DNA from: a virus
IMG/VR virus record: IMGVR_UViG_3300024219_000002
Coordinates: 1,525 to 65,524 of that record
Strand: one strand, 5' to 3'
Length of the DNA stretch: 64,000 nucleotides
The position numbers and the translations under genes are program-made. Positions within the stretch are counted from its first letter, which is position 1. Each line of letters begins with the position of its first letter. Below are positions 39,567 to 48,350 of the stretch, in pieces. Under the pieces are notes generated by a model. It was not told the DNA's origin. It made no database searches and was given only the letters and a program-made list of their open reading frames with translations.

Positions 39567-40805
39567 CTAGCTACCGATGCACTGGACGCATTCCAGATCA
39601 TCCACGCAACGACGGAAGATAATCAGACGCCCGTATTTGGGCATGATCGGCTCCGGCGCGTGTTTGTATTCAGCGAAATGGATGCCCAGCTTTTCCAGCG
39701 GGTCAAAGCAGACGTTACCGCTGGTGATCTTGTTTCCACCCGTGACAAATTGCCATTCACCGAGGTATGACTTGGGCGACCAATGGGTGTCCCCACCGGC
39801 TGAATTCAGCGGAGGAATGACAAGGCTCTTAAACACATACGGATTGAGCACCCGAACGCCTTCAAAGTCAGCCGCGCGCCATTCCGGGTTGATCTTGACG
39901 CCATCGCCCTTGGTGATCGTCGCATCGTCAATCCACGTCGGAACACGGACGTACGTTGAACCATTCCAGTTATAACGCGGCGGGAACTGCGTAACCAGAT
40001 GCCGGAAGTTCCCAATGGTCTTGGCCGCACCGAGGCGTTTCAGGATGGAACTGCCCTGCTCTCCCTGCCCCATCTGCGCGTAGCGGAAATCCAGACGCGA
40101 CTCGCTGTTGAGCTTCAGGATTCGGGCGCTGTGCTTCAACCCGATCTGGAGCGTGAACACCGGGCCGGCTTCACCCCAGTCAACCCATCCGTCGTCATAC
40201 GGACCTTCGGTGGCGCCTTCTTCCTCCAGAATGGCCGCGGTTTCATCGAGCATTTCCTGCGTCAGCTCGCACTCGCTTCGGGTCAGTCCGCTCAGGGTAG
40301 GACCCGCGCCCGGGAATCCAGACCCGCCGCCGTCGAATATCAGCTCATTGTCGGCAACCGCTTTTGGAACGAGATGATCGTAGATGGCTGCCAATCGGTT
40401 TTCAATCGTCCAGGTGACGTTTTTCTTCATCGCCCGCATGTAACCGTCAAGGAACTTGGTGCGTGCCCAGTCGAAATACAGGTTGTCTTGACAGATCGTG
40501 GGCCCCTTCCATCCGAATTGCTCCGGGCGGAAGGTTTTCTCACCGAACCCAACCGGCACGGCGTTGAACGTGCTGGCGCAGTTGTCAGCCTGATTGACGG
40601 TGATCGGTATGAAATCCGGCTCGTCAGTCGTGGGAAGCGACCGAGCCAGTGTGAAGGTCGAAAGAACCGTGCCCTGCCCGGATGGGTAGGTGCCGCGTTC
40701 AATCATGTTGTAGAAGGACGGTTTCGGGGATGCTTCAAAACGTAGTTCCTCGACGAAACTCTCTGTGTGACGCTTCATTGCGTCGAAAGGTGTTGGACAT
40801 GCCAT
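39567..40805 (-). CDS. Major capsid protein
   Basis: 412 aa downstream of the scaffold-like gene; own strong promoter and trailing hairpin; fold not verifiable by eye. Confidence 0.7.
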   Translation of the reverse strand: MACPTPFDAMKRHTESFVEELRFEASPKPSFYNMIERGTYPSGQGTVLSTFTLARSLPTTDEPDFIPITVNQADNCASTFNAVPVGFGEKTFRPEQFGWKGPTICQDNLYFDWARTKFLDGYMRAMKKNVTWTIENRLAAIYDHLVPKAVADNELIFDGGGSGFPGAGPTLSGLTRSECELTQEMLDETAAILEEEGATEGPYDDGWVDWGEAGPVFTLQIGLKHSARILKLNSESRLDFRYAQMGQGEQGSSILKRLGAAKTIGNFRHLVTQFPPRYNWNGSTYVRVPTWIDDATITKGDGVKINPEWRAADFEGVRVLNPYVFKSLVIPPLNSAGGDTHWSPKSYLGEWQFVTGGNKITSGNVCFDPLEKLGIHFAEYKHAPEPIMPKYGRLIIFRRCVDDLECVQCIGS

Positions 40806-41066
40806 AAAATTGTACGGTTAAACGGTTAAACTTGTACGCAACAAAACATGGGTCCACACGGACACAGTAATTGCGTTGGTTCCCGTGGCGCTAAAACAAC
40901 CAGAAGATGGTTGTTTTCTACGCGGGCATGGCGCTAGTTCCGGCGCCGACAACCGTACCACAGTCGGCTAGCATCAGTTCAACATGCGGATTGTGACCCG
41001 CAACGTCATTTTGAAGTGCTGATCTTACGCTATGGGGAAGGTAGGACTGAATTGGCGGGATGTCAA
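40806..41066 (-). promoter_or_regulatory. Capsid promoter plus ~225-nt structured 5' leader
   Basis: TTGACA-17-TACCTT (41066..41038); hairpins at 40893-40917, 40933-40972, 40986-41001. Confidence 0.65.
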
Positions 41067-41402
41067 GGATTGTTCCACAGCGATTGTTCCACGGTGCAGT
41101 TCCAAATGATGCTGGCGGCAAAACCACACCACCTGCAATGGCTTGTCATAATCCGGGTGATGCATCTCAACGTCCAATGACCCGCAAACCAAGCATGGCT
41201 GCATCTTCAATTTACCGCGATCCCGATAAACGTGCGCATAACTGCGACAGTTATTCTTTTTGCGCTGGAGTTTGGTTAGTGGGTGGGATTTCCGCCAAAT
41301 TTGCATGTGCTTGGCATGACAAGCCACGCAATATCTGCCGCCCTTTCTCCGAGGTTTACCGCATTTGCACAGAGTGGATTCCACGACTGTAGTGTTCCAC
41401 AT
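41025..41402 (-). CDS. HNH-like nuclease
   Basis: CLVCG..MHHPDYDKPLQVVWFCRQHH. Confidence 0.8.
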   Translation of the reverse strand: MWNTTVVESTLCKCGKPRRKGGRYCVACHAKHMQIWRKSHPLTKLQRKKNNCRSYAHVYRDRGKLKMQPCLVCGSLDVEMHHPDYDKPLQVVWFCRQHHLELHRGTIAVEQSLTSRQFSPTFPIA

Positions 41403-41451
41403 CTACACAGGCTCGGTCAAGCATTTTGCGGTAAGGCAGGAATGAGAATTG

Positions 41452-42006
41452 TCAATCTGATATACGAACGCCTGTCGCATAATCATTGTTCAGCGGATAA
41501 GGCGTCGCGTCACCTCGCAGGTAAAGCGGGTGGGCTGGCGAGCCGTCCTTGTTTTGTTTCAGGCAATAAAGGTGCGGAAGTAGCGCCATCACCTGCTTGT
41601 CTCTGCCCATGTGGTTGCCGTCCTTGCCCCACGCCGCGATTACGATTCCCGCGCCTTGCGAGAGTGTTTTGAGCGTGCGGTCATTGTCCGGCCCGATTGG
41701 GTCTTTTGCGGCCATCATGTCTTTCGGCTGAGTCGCACGGAACGCAAAGAGGTTCACCATGCAGAGTCCGCCGTAGTTCCACCGCTTCGCGTAGCCAACG
41801 CATTTGCGGATTGTTGGGTCATCTCGCGTCTCGTCCGCCGTTGATGGATTCAATCCCACGAACATGCAGTATGGTGCATCACACCATCGCCGCCACAGGT
41901 CGTATCGGTAGAGTCGGCACGGCGAGAGAACCGCTGAACAAGGCGCTGCATGGACCGCCGCATGAGCGCCCAGCGCGAGTTCGAGAGTCATTGGTGCGGC
42001 GTCCAT
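41452..42006 (-). CDS. DUF1643-family protein (cassette A1)
   Basis: YRYDLWRRW..FVGLNPSTA..DDPTIRKC..NLFAFRAT..AWG..HPLY. Confidence 0.85.
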   Translation of the reverse strand: MDAAPMTLELALGAHAAVHAAPCSAVLSPCRLYRYDLWRRWCDAPYCMFVGLNPSTADETRDDPTIRKCVGYAKRWNYGGLCMVNLFAFRATQPKDMMAAKDPIGPDNDRTLKTLSQGAGIVIAAWGKDGNHMGRDKQVMALLPHLYCLKQNKDGSPAHPLYLRGDATPYPLNNDYATGVRISD

Positions 42007-42023
42007 GAGCTTATTCGTTAGGG
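41933..42023 (+). repeat. attC site A1
   Basis: GCTGAAC-aaggc-GCTGCAT...ATGAGC-ttattc-GTTAGGG; CCGCTGAAC pairs with GTTCAGCGG at 41488. Confidence 0.88.
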
Positions 42024-42048
42024 CGCTTAGTCACTCCGCGCTCCGTGT

Positions 42049-42348
42049 TCACTTTCCTTTCGGTCGTTTATCCATCCCCTTCTCAGTGAGAATAGCCGCG
42101 AGGTCGTCCACATGCAGGCAGTCACACATACACGCTCCGGCTGGTTGCTGCTGGATAGGCGCGATGTGGCCGTTGCAGTAATCGTTTCCCGGAGTCGCAT
42201 CGTAGAGGACTCCGACCGCTGTGATTACAGGCCCGTCCGTTTGGAGCTGGACCACCTTGTCTCCGTTCTTTGCTTCTCTGCCGTTTCTGTAGTGCATAAT
42301 TTGACGCTCCCTAACAAGTTGCTGAAGACCGACGGCGGGAGCGCCCAT
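42049..42348 (-). CDS. Hypothetical protein (cassette A2; alternative start 42297 MHYRNGREAK)
   Basis: Conserved-looking HYRNGREAKNGD..CNG..CLH motif. Confidence 0.7.
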   Translation of the reverse strand: MGAPAVGLQQLVRERQIMHYRNGREAKNGDKVVQLQTDGPVITAVGVLYDATPGNDYCNGHIAPIQQQPAGACMCDCLHVDDLAAILTEKGMDKRPKGK

Positions 42349-42419
42349 CAGTTTCCAGTTTCGGTTTGCAAACGAAAGTCATTGGTCAATCGCCGCCGCG
42401 GCTTAGCGCGTTGTTCTGC
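42309..42419 (+). repeat. attC site A2
   Basis: CCCTAAC-aagtt-GCTGAAG...CTTAGC-gcgtt-GTTCTGC; R'' pairs with GTTAGGG (42017). Confidence 0.88.
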
Positions 42420-42420
42420 G

Positions 42421-42885
42421 TCATTTCCAATCGCCAGGGCGCTGCGTTTCCCCCTTGCCGCAAATGACGCACTCTCGATAGCGATTATCGTCAAGTCCAG
42501 TTGTCAGTCGCGGAGAAGAGTGCCACTTGTGAAACCCTTTGGCAGCGCAATATGAGCCGTTCTCGACGAAGTTCACAATGGAGACCCCATTCGTCGTCCT
42601 GAATGCACCTTTATCGTCGTACGCGCGCAGGGTGTTTGTTTGTGCCGTCCACAATTGATTCGTAAACCGGGAGGCGTGGGTGTTTGTGTTAAATGGCTGA
42701 TAGGGCACTGGAATTGTTTTTGTGATTCTTCCGTCTGCGCTTATCTCGCAAACAGCGACCGGCCCTTTCCATCCATCATAACTGTTGGACCAGACCATAC
42801 TCCAAGTTTGTGCGTTGATGCAGAACAAGCCGATGCAGGCGACGGCCAGAGCCGTCGCAGTTCCGAGTGTGAATTTTAATGTCAT
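42421..42885 (-). CDS. Exported protein (cassette A3); signal peptide encoded by the attC
   Basis: MTLKFTLGTATALAVACIGLFC lies largely within attC A3. Confidence 0.65.
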   Translation of the reverse strand: MTLKFTLGTATALAVACIGLFCINAQTWSMVWSNSYDGWKGPVAVCEISADGRITKTIPVPYQPFNTNTHASRFTNQLWTAQTNTLRAYDDKGAFRTTNGVSIVNFVENGSYCAAKGFHKWHSSPRLTTGLDDNRYRECVICGKGETQRPGDWK

Positions 42886-42927
42886 AGCTTTTGGTCGTCA
42901 GGCCGCGCCTGATCTTTTTCGTTAGGA
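42820..42927 (+). repeat. attC site A3
   Basis: GCAGAAC-aagcc-GATGCAG...CTGATC-tttttc-GTTAGGA; R'' pairs with GTTCTGC (42413); R' overlaps the scaffold stop codon. Confidence 0.88.
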
Positions 42928-44013
42928 TGGCCTTCCACTCATCTCCGCAGCAACCTTCTCAGCAAACGTCATCTTGTGGCCAGTCCCGGGAGCACCTTGG
43001 CCAGCCATGGACGGCGTTGACCCTTGCATCTTGGCGATGGTTTCCTTGGCTGCGGCGAGTTCGGATGACACCGCCTTGAGTTGTGCAAGGAACTCTGGCG
43101 CTGCGCTGGCCCATAGCGCGGCTTCTGCCTTTTCCGCATCATTCTCCAGACTGCCATCGAAAATGGCCTTGGCGACGGCAAGGCGCTCGTTTACGCCCTT
43201 GTTCCATGTATCGTCCCCTTCTTTGGTCTGAAATACTGGAATCCCAGCCTTCGAGTCCTGCGCTTTAGCGATAACGTCATCGAACGTATTGGATAGGGCG
43301 GTTTGCCGTTCCTGCTGCTTTTTGGTGCGCTCTTCACCGATCTTGGACAGTGACTCTTGAGCCTTGGACAGATCGCCTTGGCGCTCATTCAGGATGGCTC
43401 GCACTTCCCGGTTTGCCAGAGCAATATCGGCAATCTGGAATTCGGCCATTTCTGCGGTGAGTTCGGCAAGGTGTTGGCGCTTTATGTCCGAATCTGGAAG
43501 TTGCAACACCTGCATGAACTTTTCCGCTGTGTCCGCTGGAAGTGAGGCTTTTACGGCATCCAGCCGTTTCTGGTACTTGGCGTGAAACTCAGGCGAGATT
43601 TCGACCGCCACCTGCTCGAACATGCCCTTGTATCGGTCGCGCTCATCAGTGATCGTTTTTATGAGTTCGGCGTTGTGTTTGGGTTGCTTCTTGAGTTCTC
43701 CAAGCTCCTTCTCGTACTCCTTCAGCTTTGGCTCGTATTCGTCCACCTTCTTCTTAAATTCGCTGGCGGCCGTCTTTACGCGCTTCCAGTCCTCGGACTT
43801 GGGAGAGCGTTTGCCCGATTCGATTTCCTTGTCCACGGATTCAAAATCAGGCGTGGCTGGCTTGGCGGGCGATGGCTTGACCGCATCGGCCGGTTTTGGA
43901 GTGGCCAATCCCGGCTGTCCCTTCTCTGTGGCTGCGGCTGCGTCCGCTTCCTTCAATTCCTGAGACATGAGTTGTTGAAACGACGGGGGCGGTGTGGCTG
44001 TGGCTTCTGGCAT
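42922..44013 (-). CDS. Capsid scaffolding protein (putative)
   Basis: 363 aa, charged coiled coil with Pro/Ala-rich N-terminus; between portal and capsid. Confidence 0.7.
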   Translation of the reverse strand: MPEATATPPPSFQQLMSQELKEADAAAATEKGQPGLATPKPADAVKPSPAKPATPDFESVDKEIESGKRSPKSEDWKRVKTAASEFKKKVDEYEPKLKEYEKELGELKKQPKHNAELIKTITDERDRYKGMFEQVAVEISPEFHAKYQKRLDAVKASLPADTAEKFMQVLQLPDSDIKRQHLAELTAEMAEFQIADIALANREVRAILNERQGDLSKAQESLSKIGEERTKKQQERQTALSNTFDDVIAKAQDSKAGIPVFQTKEGDDTWNKGVNERLAVAKAIFDGSLENDAEKAEAALWASAAPEFLAQLKAVSSELAAAKETIAKMQGSTPSMAGQGAPGTGHKMTFAEKVAAEMSGRPS

Positions 44014-44037
44014 AGGTTTTAGGTGTTGGCTGAGAAT

Positions 44038-44286
44038 TTACTGAACAGATTCATAGGTCGCCAAAAATATGTCCGGTTTGCATGGGTACAATTCGCCTTT
44101 GACGCCACGAATAAGCCAGTCTCCTTTTTGGCCAGTCATTGTCCCTTCGAGCGTGGCAACCATGAACTCCGAACCGTCATTTTTGATGATGACTTCAGGC
44201 GATTGGAACATGGAGTTGTCATCATTGAGGTTGTGGCCTTCCCACTGTTCCGCTTCTATGATTACTGGCTTCTTTCTGTATTTCAT
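44038..44286 (-). CDS. Conserved phage protein (KYRKKPV...YPCKPDIF family)
   Basis: MKYRKKPVIIEAEQW..TLEG..GDWLIRGVKGELYPCKPDIF. Confidence 0.85.
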   Translation of the reverse strand: MKYRKKPVIIEAEQWEGHNLNDDNSMFQSPEVIIKNDGSEFMVATLEGTMTGQKGDWLIRGVKGELYPCKPDIFLATYESVQ

Positions 44287-44293
44287 GGTGGTT

Positions 44294-44668
44294 TTATCTT
44301 TTCCTGGTGTGCTCTTGTGGCGGTTCAAACGTGGCTTCGAGTGGTTTGCTGGCTTTGATCGGTTTCGTCATCGCCTCAAGATTGTTGATGCAAAGTTCGT
44401 AACCCTCGCATTTCGCGTTGTGAACCACCCTGTCGGTTGGGCTGATTCCTACTGGTGGAAAAATGCTGTGAACGGGATGCGAATTACGCAGCACGTCAAT
44501 TTGCGCTCGATACGTCAGGTTGCGCGCGAGGGTGATGGACTCTGCCACCATCTGATCCTGCTTCCTCCATTCGTCGAGCGTCAGTCGCCATGCCTCGCGC
44601 TTCTCATACACCGGCTGGGGTGCTGGTGATGGCTTGAACAGATTAAGCAGGCGATGAAATAAGTTCAT
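44294..44668 (-). CDS. Hypothetical head-module protein
   Basis: 124 aa, helical, upstream of the scaffold. Confidence 0.55.
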   Translation of the reverse strand: MNLFHRLLNLFKPSPAPQPVYEKREAWRLTLDEWRKQDQMVAESITLARNLTYRAQIDVLRNSHPVHSIFPPVGISPTDRVVHNAKCEGYELCINNLEAMTKPIKASKPLEATFEPPQEHTRKR

Positions 44669-45650
44669 ATTGAGGAATCACAGGCTCAGTCAGTTTCACC
44701 AATTCTTTGTGTGGCACTTCGATCCAAGCTGAGTTCAAATCGTTTACGCCAAGTGTTATCAGCCATGTGCCGTCCCGGATGATTGCGCCGCATGCGAACA
44801 CGCACGCCGGCTTCTTATCATCCCACGGATCGAACTTGCTACCAATCAAAATCGGCTTGGGGGTCATTCGCTTTATCTGGAATGGCTGGGTTGCCTCGAA
44901 CGCACAGGCGCCGATAGAATAGCGACGTTTCTTGTTAATCCACGGCACGGAGCTGTGATAGAAAGTCCAATACTCATTCCCCACACGGACTGGCGGTGTC
45001 CCGCCGCGTGGCTCACCGTAAATCCAATCCGGGTGCATGGCGTGCGTCGTGTAGGATTTTCCCGGTTTCAAATCGTCATCCAGCGGCACGACCACATGAG
45101 GATAAGTCGAGTAAACCATGTGCAGCCTATTCTCGTGAAAGAACCAGAGCCAGTTTTTCTCCATGCCGACATTTCCCAGGACATCTTTGCGATTGTTCCC
45201 GTAATGAACGCTCACCTGTCGGATGGCCTGCCATTGATCGTTTAACACGCTCAAGGTTTGATGCGCCCGACTCCATCTCTTGGCGCCATAGATCAGGAAC
45301 GTGGTCGTTGAGACGTACGTGTAACCGTTGTGCCAAATGGCGCGAGGGTCTTCGTAATGCTGGTCAGCGAACGACTTCAAGAATTTCAGCGCATACCCCT
45401 TGATCGGCGTTTTATCTTTCATCCTGAACGCCACCACGTCGTTGAATCCCAGGTTGTCATTCCAGTTTCGAGCGCGGCGAGTCACCAACCACAGGCCGTC
45501 CGGTCGCTCAACAATTCCACAGTTGAAGAAACACACATTGTCCTGCTTGGCCCGACCGAAGTCGAAAAAACCACAGTTAAATTGAGTCTGCTCCAGAATG
45601 CTTGGCGGCTCTTGCTCAATGGTTAGCTTGATGGCAGTCAGGATATTCAC
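44643..45650 (-). CDS. Five-bladed beta-propeller glycosidase/phosphorylase-like (GH130-like)
   Basis: FNCGI, EDPRAI, EKNWLWF, RGGTPP, VFACGAI, TLGVND motifs. Confidence 0.75.
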   Translation of the reverse strand: MNILTAIKLTIEQEPPSILEQTQFNCGFFDFGRAKQDNVCFFNCGIVERPDGLWLVTRRARNWNDNLGFNDVVAFRMKDKTPIKGYALKFLKSFADQHYEDPRAIWHNGYTYVSTTTFLIYGAKRWSRAHQTLSVLNDQWQAIRQVSVHYGNNRKDVLGNVGMEKNWLWFFHENRLHMVYSTYPHVVVPLDDDLKPGKSYTTHAMHPDWIYGEPRGGTPPVRVGNEYWTFYHSSVPWINKKRRYSIGACAFEATQPFQIKRMTPKPILIGSKFDPWDDKKPACVFACGAIIRDGTWLITLGVNDLNSAWIEVPHKELVKLTEPVIPQYELISSPA

Positions 45651-45709
45651 ATTTCCACAAGTCGTTGGATTGCAAGTGAAGTAGTCACGAAATAACAGAT
45701 TGGAGTTTG

Positions 45710-46333
45710 TTAATCACTGTTCGGCATTTCTACGTCGCTGGCAATTTCGTTGCCCCACGACGCCCAGCCGTGCCGTTTCCGCCGGGCAAACATTTCGAGA
45801 TACGGGCCGGGAGATACAGACTCCACGACCGTTTGAAATTCTTCGGGCTTCTGCGAGTGCCGGCCACGAGGCCAGCCCCACCAGTTCCGGTCACATCGGT
45901 TTTTCCACGACAGCTTGCCACGGCGACAAAACAGAATCGGCTCGACGCACGGCACGAACGCGCCGCCGAGTCCAAGCCCAATCGGTTGCTTGAGCCAGTA
46001 GAGCATCGTTGACGGCTCGAAGCCCCAAGCGCGGGCGATGTCATAGGTCGCTTCGATGTAGCTGTTGATTGTCCAGATGTAGCAGTGAGCATCTTTGTCA
46101 GCCGGGATTTTCAGCGCGGCGATTTGCTCCACGCTCATCGTCGGATATTCTAGCGGCACACTTTTCAGGACGCGCTCTTGAGTTCCGAAGCCTTGGCTTC
46201 CGGGACTTTCGAGGCGGTTCACTTCCCACGTCGGATCAGCTACGACACACCGAAATGCCGAACAATTCGATGGAGAGAACGGCGCGATTGCGTCTCTCGC
46301 GAAGTCGAACGTCATGGGCGCGCCGTCTCTCAT
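45710..46333 (-). CDS. MT-A70-family adenine methyltransferase (cassette B1)
   Basis: VVADPTW, YPTM, AWGF, HSQKPEEF, LEMFAR..GW..WGNE. Confidence 0.88.
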   Translation of the reverse strand: MRDGAPMTFDFARDAIAPFSPSNCSAFRCVVADPTWEVNRLESPGSQGFGTQERVLKSVPLEYPTMSVEQIAALKIPADKDAHCYIWTINSYIEATYDIARAWGFEPSTMLYWLKQPIGLGLGGAFVPCVEPILFCRRGKLSWKNRCDRNWWGWPRGRHSQKPEEFQTVVESVSPGPYLEMFARRKRHGWASWGNEIASDVEMPNSD

Positions 46334-46347
46334 CTCAGTCGTTACCC
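46257..46347 (+). repeat. attC site B1
   Basis: GCCGAAC-aattc-GATGGAG...CTCATC-tcagtc-GTTACCC; GAAATGCCGAAC pairs 12/12 with 45719-45730. Confidence 0.9.
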
Positions 46348-47415
46348 GGCCAGCGCCAGCCCTCGGGTTGTCGAGCAGCTTTCATCGGACAGTTTCAGAT
46401 AGTCGGCGTTTACGTCGTTGAGCCACGCCCGCCGTCCGTTGGCGATGGCTTCATGCCCGGTAGTTCCGCTGCCCGCGAATGGGTCAGCCACAAGGTCGCC
46501 GGGATTCGACCATGAAAGTATCAGGTCGCGGGCCAGCCATTTCGGCATCATCGCCGGATGGTTGAGTCGCTCGCACATATCCTCTTGGCCGCGAGTTTTC
46601 CCGCGCCATACGTTGCCGCGCATTCCGTACTCGGCGGTGAGTTTCTTTGAGCGCACGGACTTCGTGCCGTCGCGTTCTGTGTAAGTGTTCACGCCGAGAT
46701 TTCCCACGCACCCGGCAGTTGCGTTTTTCTTGTCCTTGAGCGGGTTGAAGCAGCGAGGCTGTCCCTTCGACATCACGAACACGTACTCGAAAACTTGGTG
46801 GTATCGCACGCGCTCCGGGTGACTGAAGTTCAGCTTCTCGTAGATCATCGTGTCGTGGACACGGAAGCCGCATTTCGCGAGGTGGATTTTCTGTTTGCAG
46901 CTTGTGAGCGTTTCAGAGCCGTTCACCACTTCATCGCCGACGTTCCAGCACAGCACGCCACCATCGCACAGCACTCGGTACAGTTCGCGAGCCGTGCCTT
47001 CAAAGTCCCACGAGTGCCCGCCATACGTGCGCAGGTTGTCGTACGGTGGACTTGTCACCACGAGTTGCGCGCAGCCATCCGGCATCTCCGCGAGCGCAGC
47101 CACAGAGTCTTTATTCGAGAGCGTTAGACAATGGCTAGCTAATCGTCTTTCGACATTCTGATACCACACGTTAGCCCGCTTATTCCATGCGGTGAGAGCA
47201 GACATTCCGCTATTGCTTCTGAACACGTCTGATTCCGCACCACATACGATGCAGTTGACCCGCTCGGAGCATTTGTCGAGTCGGAGCTTTGCCGCTCCAC
47301 CGCAGAACGGGCACGGAAGCGGGCTAACCATGCGCTGAAGCGCAACCGGAGGCTTGCTTTCAGCCTTTGCGACCACGGCTTGCTTGCAATCGGATGTCGC
47401 GGTCGCGTCACTCAT
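46342..47415 (-). CDS. N4/N6 DNA methyltransferase fused to a Lar-like Zn finger (cassettes B3+B2)
   Basis: PCPFCGG..CIVCG..AWNKR, then VTSPPY, HPA, DPFAGSGTT. Confidence 0.88.
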   Translation of the reverse strand: MSDATATSDCKQAVVAKAESKPPVALQRMVSPLPCPFCGGAAKLRLDKCSERVNCIVCGAESDVFRSNSGMSALTAWNKRANVWYQNVERRLASHCLTLSNKDSVAALAEMPDGCAQLVVTSPPYDNLRTYGGHSWDFEGTARELYRVLCDGGVLCWNVGDEVVNGSETLTSCKQKIHLAKCGFRVHDTMIYEKLNFSHPERVRYHQVFEYVFVMSKGQPRCFNPLKDKKNATAGCVGNLGVNTYTERDGTKSVRSKKLTAEYGMRGNVWRGKTRGQEDMCERLNHPAMMPKWLARDLILSWSNPGDLVADPFAGSGTTGHEAIANGRRAWLNDVNADYLKLSDESCSTTRGLALAG

Positions 47416-47435
47416 GGCTGACCTTTGCGTTGTGC
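47322..47435 (+). repeat. attC site B3 (imperfect right arm)
   Basis: GGCTAAC-catgc-GCTGAAG...GTTGTGC; AAGCGGGCTAAC pairs 12/12 with 47170-47181. Confidence 0.75.
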
Positions 47436-47698
47436 TGCGCGCGGTCGTTAAGTTCTTGTGCCAGTGCGTCCCATCTATTTCGGAAGTGAGGATGTTGATG
47501 CTCCCACGCCTCCATAAACTTTAATGACGAATACCCGCATGAGTCCGCCCATATTTTGTGCAATTCCTGGCCTGTTAACGGCGCAGCACAACAATTCCCT
47601 GATGCCAACTTCGCTCCGCTTGTCGGCACAGTTACGGTTTCGACATGCGGAAGTGCGTGAGGCATTCCATAGTCTGGGTATTCTGCGCTCAGTGGCAT
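47408..47698 (-). CDS. Hypothetical protein (cassette B4)
   Basis: Start inside attC B4. Confidence 0.6.
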   Translation of the reverse strand: MPLSAEYPDYGMPHALPHVETVTVPTSGAKLASGNCCAAPLTGQELHKIWADSCGYSSLKFMEAWEHQHPHFRNRWDALAQELNDRAQHNAKVSHE

Positions 47699-47714
47699 AG
47701 GTCAGTCGTTAGCC
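47586..47714 (+). repeat. attC site B4
   Basis: GCACAAC-aattc-CCTGATGCCA...TGGCATAGG-tcagtc-GTTAGCC; 12/12 pairing with 47429-47440. Confidence 0.88.
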
Positions 47715-48091
47715 GACTCTTGCGTGGCGGCACAGTCAGCAACCATCATGCAGAAGTTGGCGACATCGGCGCACTCATCCGCCAGTTCTTCGGCGTCCTT
47801 GAAGTCTATGCGGTCATCGCTGCCCTGAGTGAAGCACTGTTGCACTTCTACCGTTTCATCAAGGATGCGCTCAACTAGACTCCACGGGTCATCTTTCAGC
47901 CATCCATCTCGGTCGCCTTTATGTCGGTTCTGCGAGAGCTTCGCCTCCATCCGCGCCGCGAATTTCAGCACATGAAGTAGCGTCGGGGAGTCGGCTAACA
48001 ACCGCATGGAGTCCAACGCGGCGAGCGTTTCTGATTTTTGAGTGTCGGTTTGCATGGATTGGGATTCAGGATTTCGCGCCGCGTGGCTCAT
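47702..48091 (-). CDS. MazG-like / all-alpha NTP pyrophosphohydrolase-like protein (cassette B5)
   Basis: KLSQNRHKG..W..ETVEV..ECADVANFCMM. Confidence 0.65.
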   Translation of the reverse strand: MSHAARNPESQSMQTDTQKSETLAALDSMRLLADSPTLLHVLKFAARMEAKLSQNRHKGDRDGWLKDDPWSLVERILDETVEVQQCFTQGSDDRIDFKDAEELADECADVANFCMMVADCAATQESAND

Positions 48092-48105
48092 GCGGAGCGT
48101 TGGAC
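47993..48105 (+). repeat. attC site B5
   Basis: GGCTAAC...CATGGAG...CTCATG...GTTGGAC; 12/12 pairing with 47708-47719. Confidence 0.88.
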
Positions 48106-48350
48106 TGACGCCTTCGTTTGGTGATCTCTTGGAGTATCAGTGTGCAGGCAGAGCCGCTAATAAAGTTTACGCTCCCTACAATAACCGCCCCGAATCGCTC
48201 GTTATCTACATGGTCGAATGCGAACCACGCGACTCCGATGAGGCTTTGGAAAAAGAAGAATAATATCAACAGTTCCCACACAGCCCAACCACTTCTTGGA
48301 GCGGACGTGCTGGGCGCACTCAGTTTTTCCGTAACGTCTGGATTGTTCAC
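48066..48350 (-). CDS. Two-TM membrane protein (cassette B6)
   Basis: GTG inside attC B6; two hydrophobic segments. Confidence 0.6.
   Translation of the reverse strand: MNNPDVTEKLSAPSTSAPRSGWAVWELLILFFFFQSLIGVAWFAFDHVDNERFGAVIVGSVNFISGSACTLILQEITKRRRQSNAPHEPRGAKS

Larger units (their letters stand above)
41488..42927 (+). mobile_element. Integron-like cassette array A (3 cassettes: 41489-42017, 42018-42413, 42414-42921), no integrase
   Basis: Three attC sites; each R'' is the reverse complement of the previous G|TT core. Confidence 0.88.
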
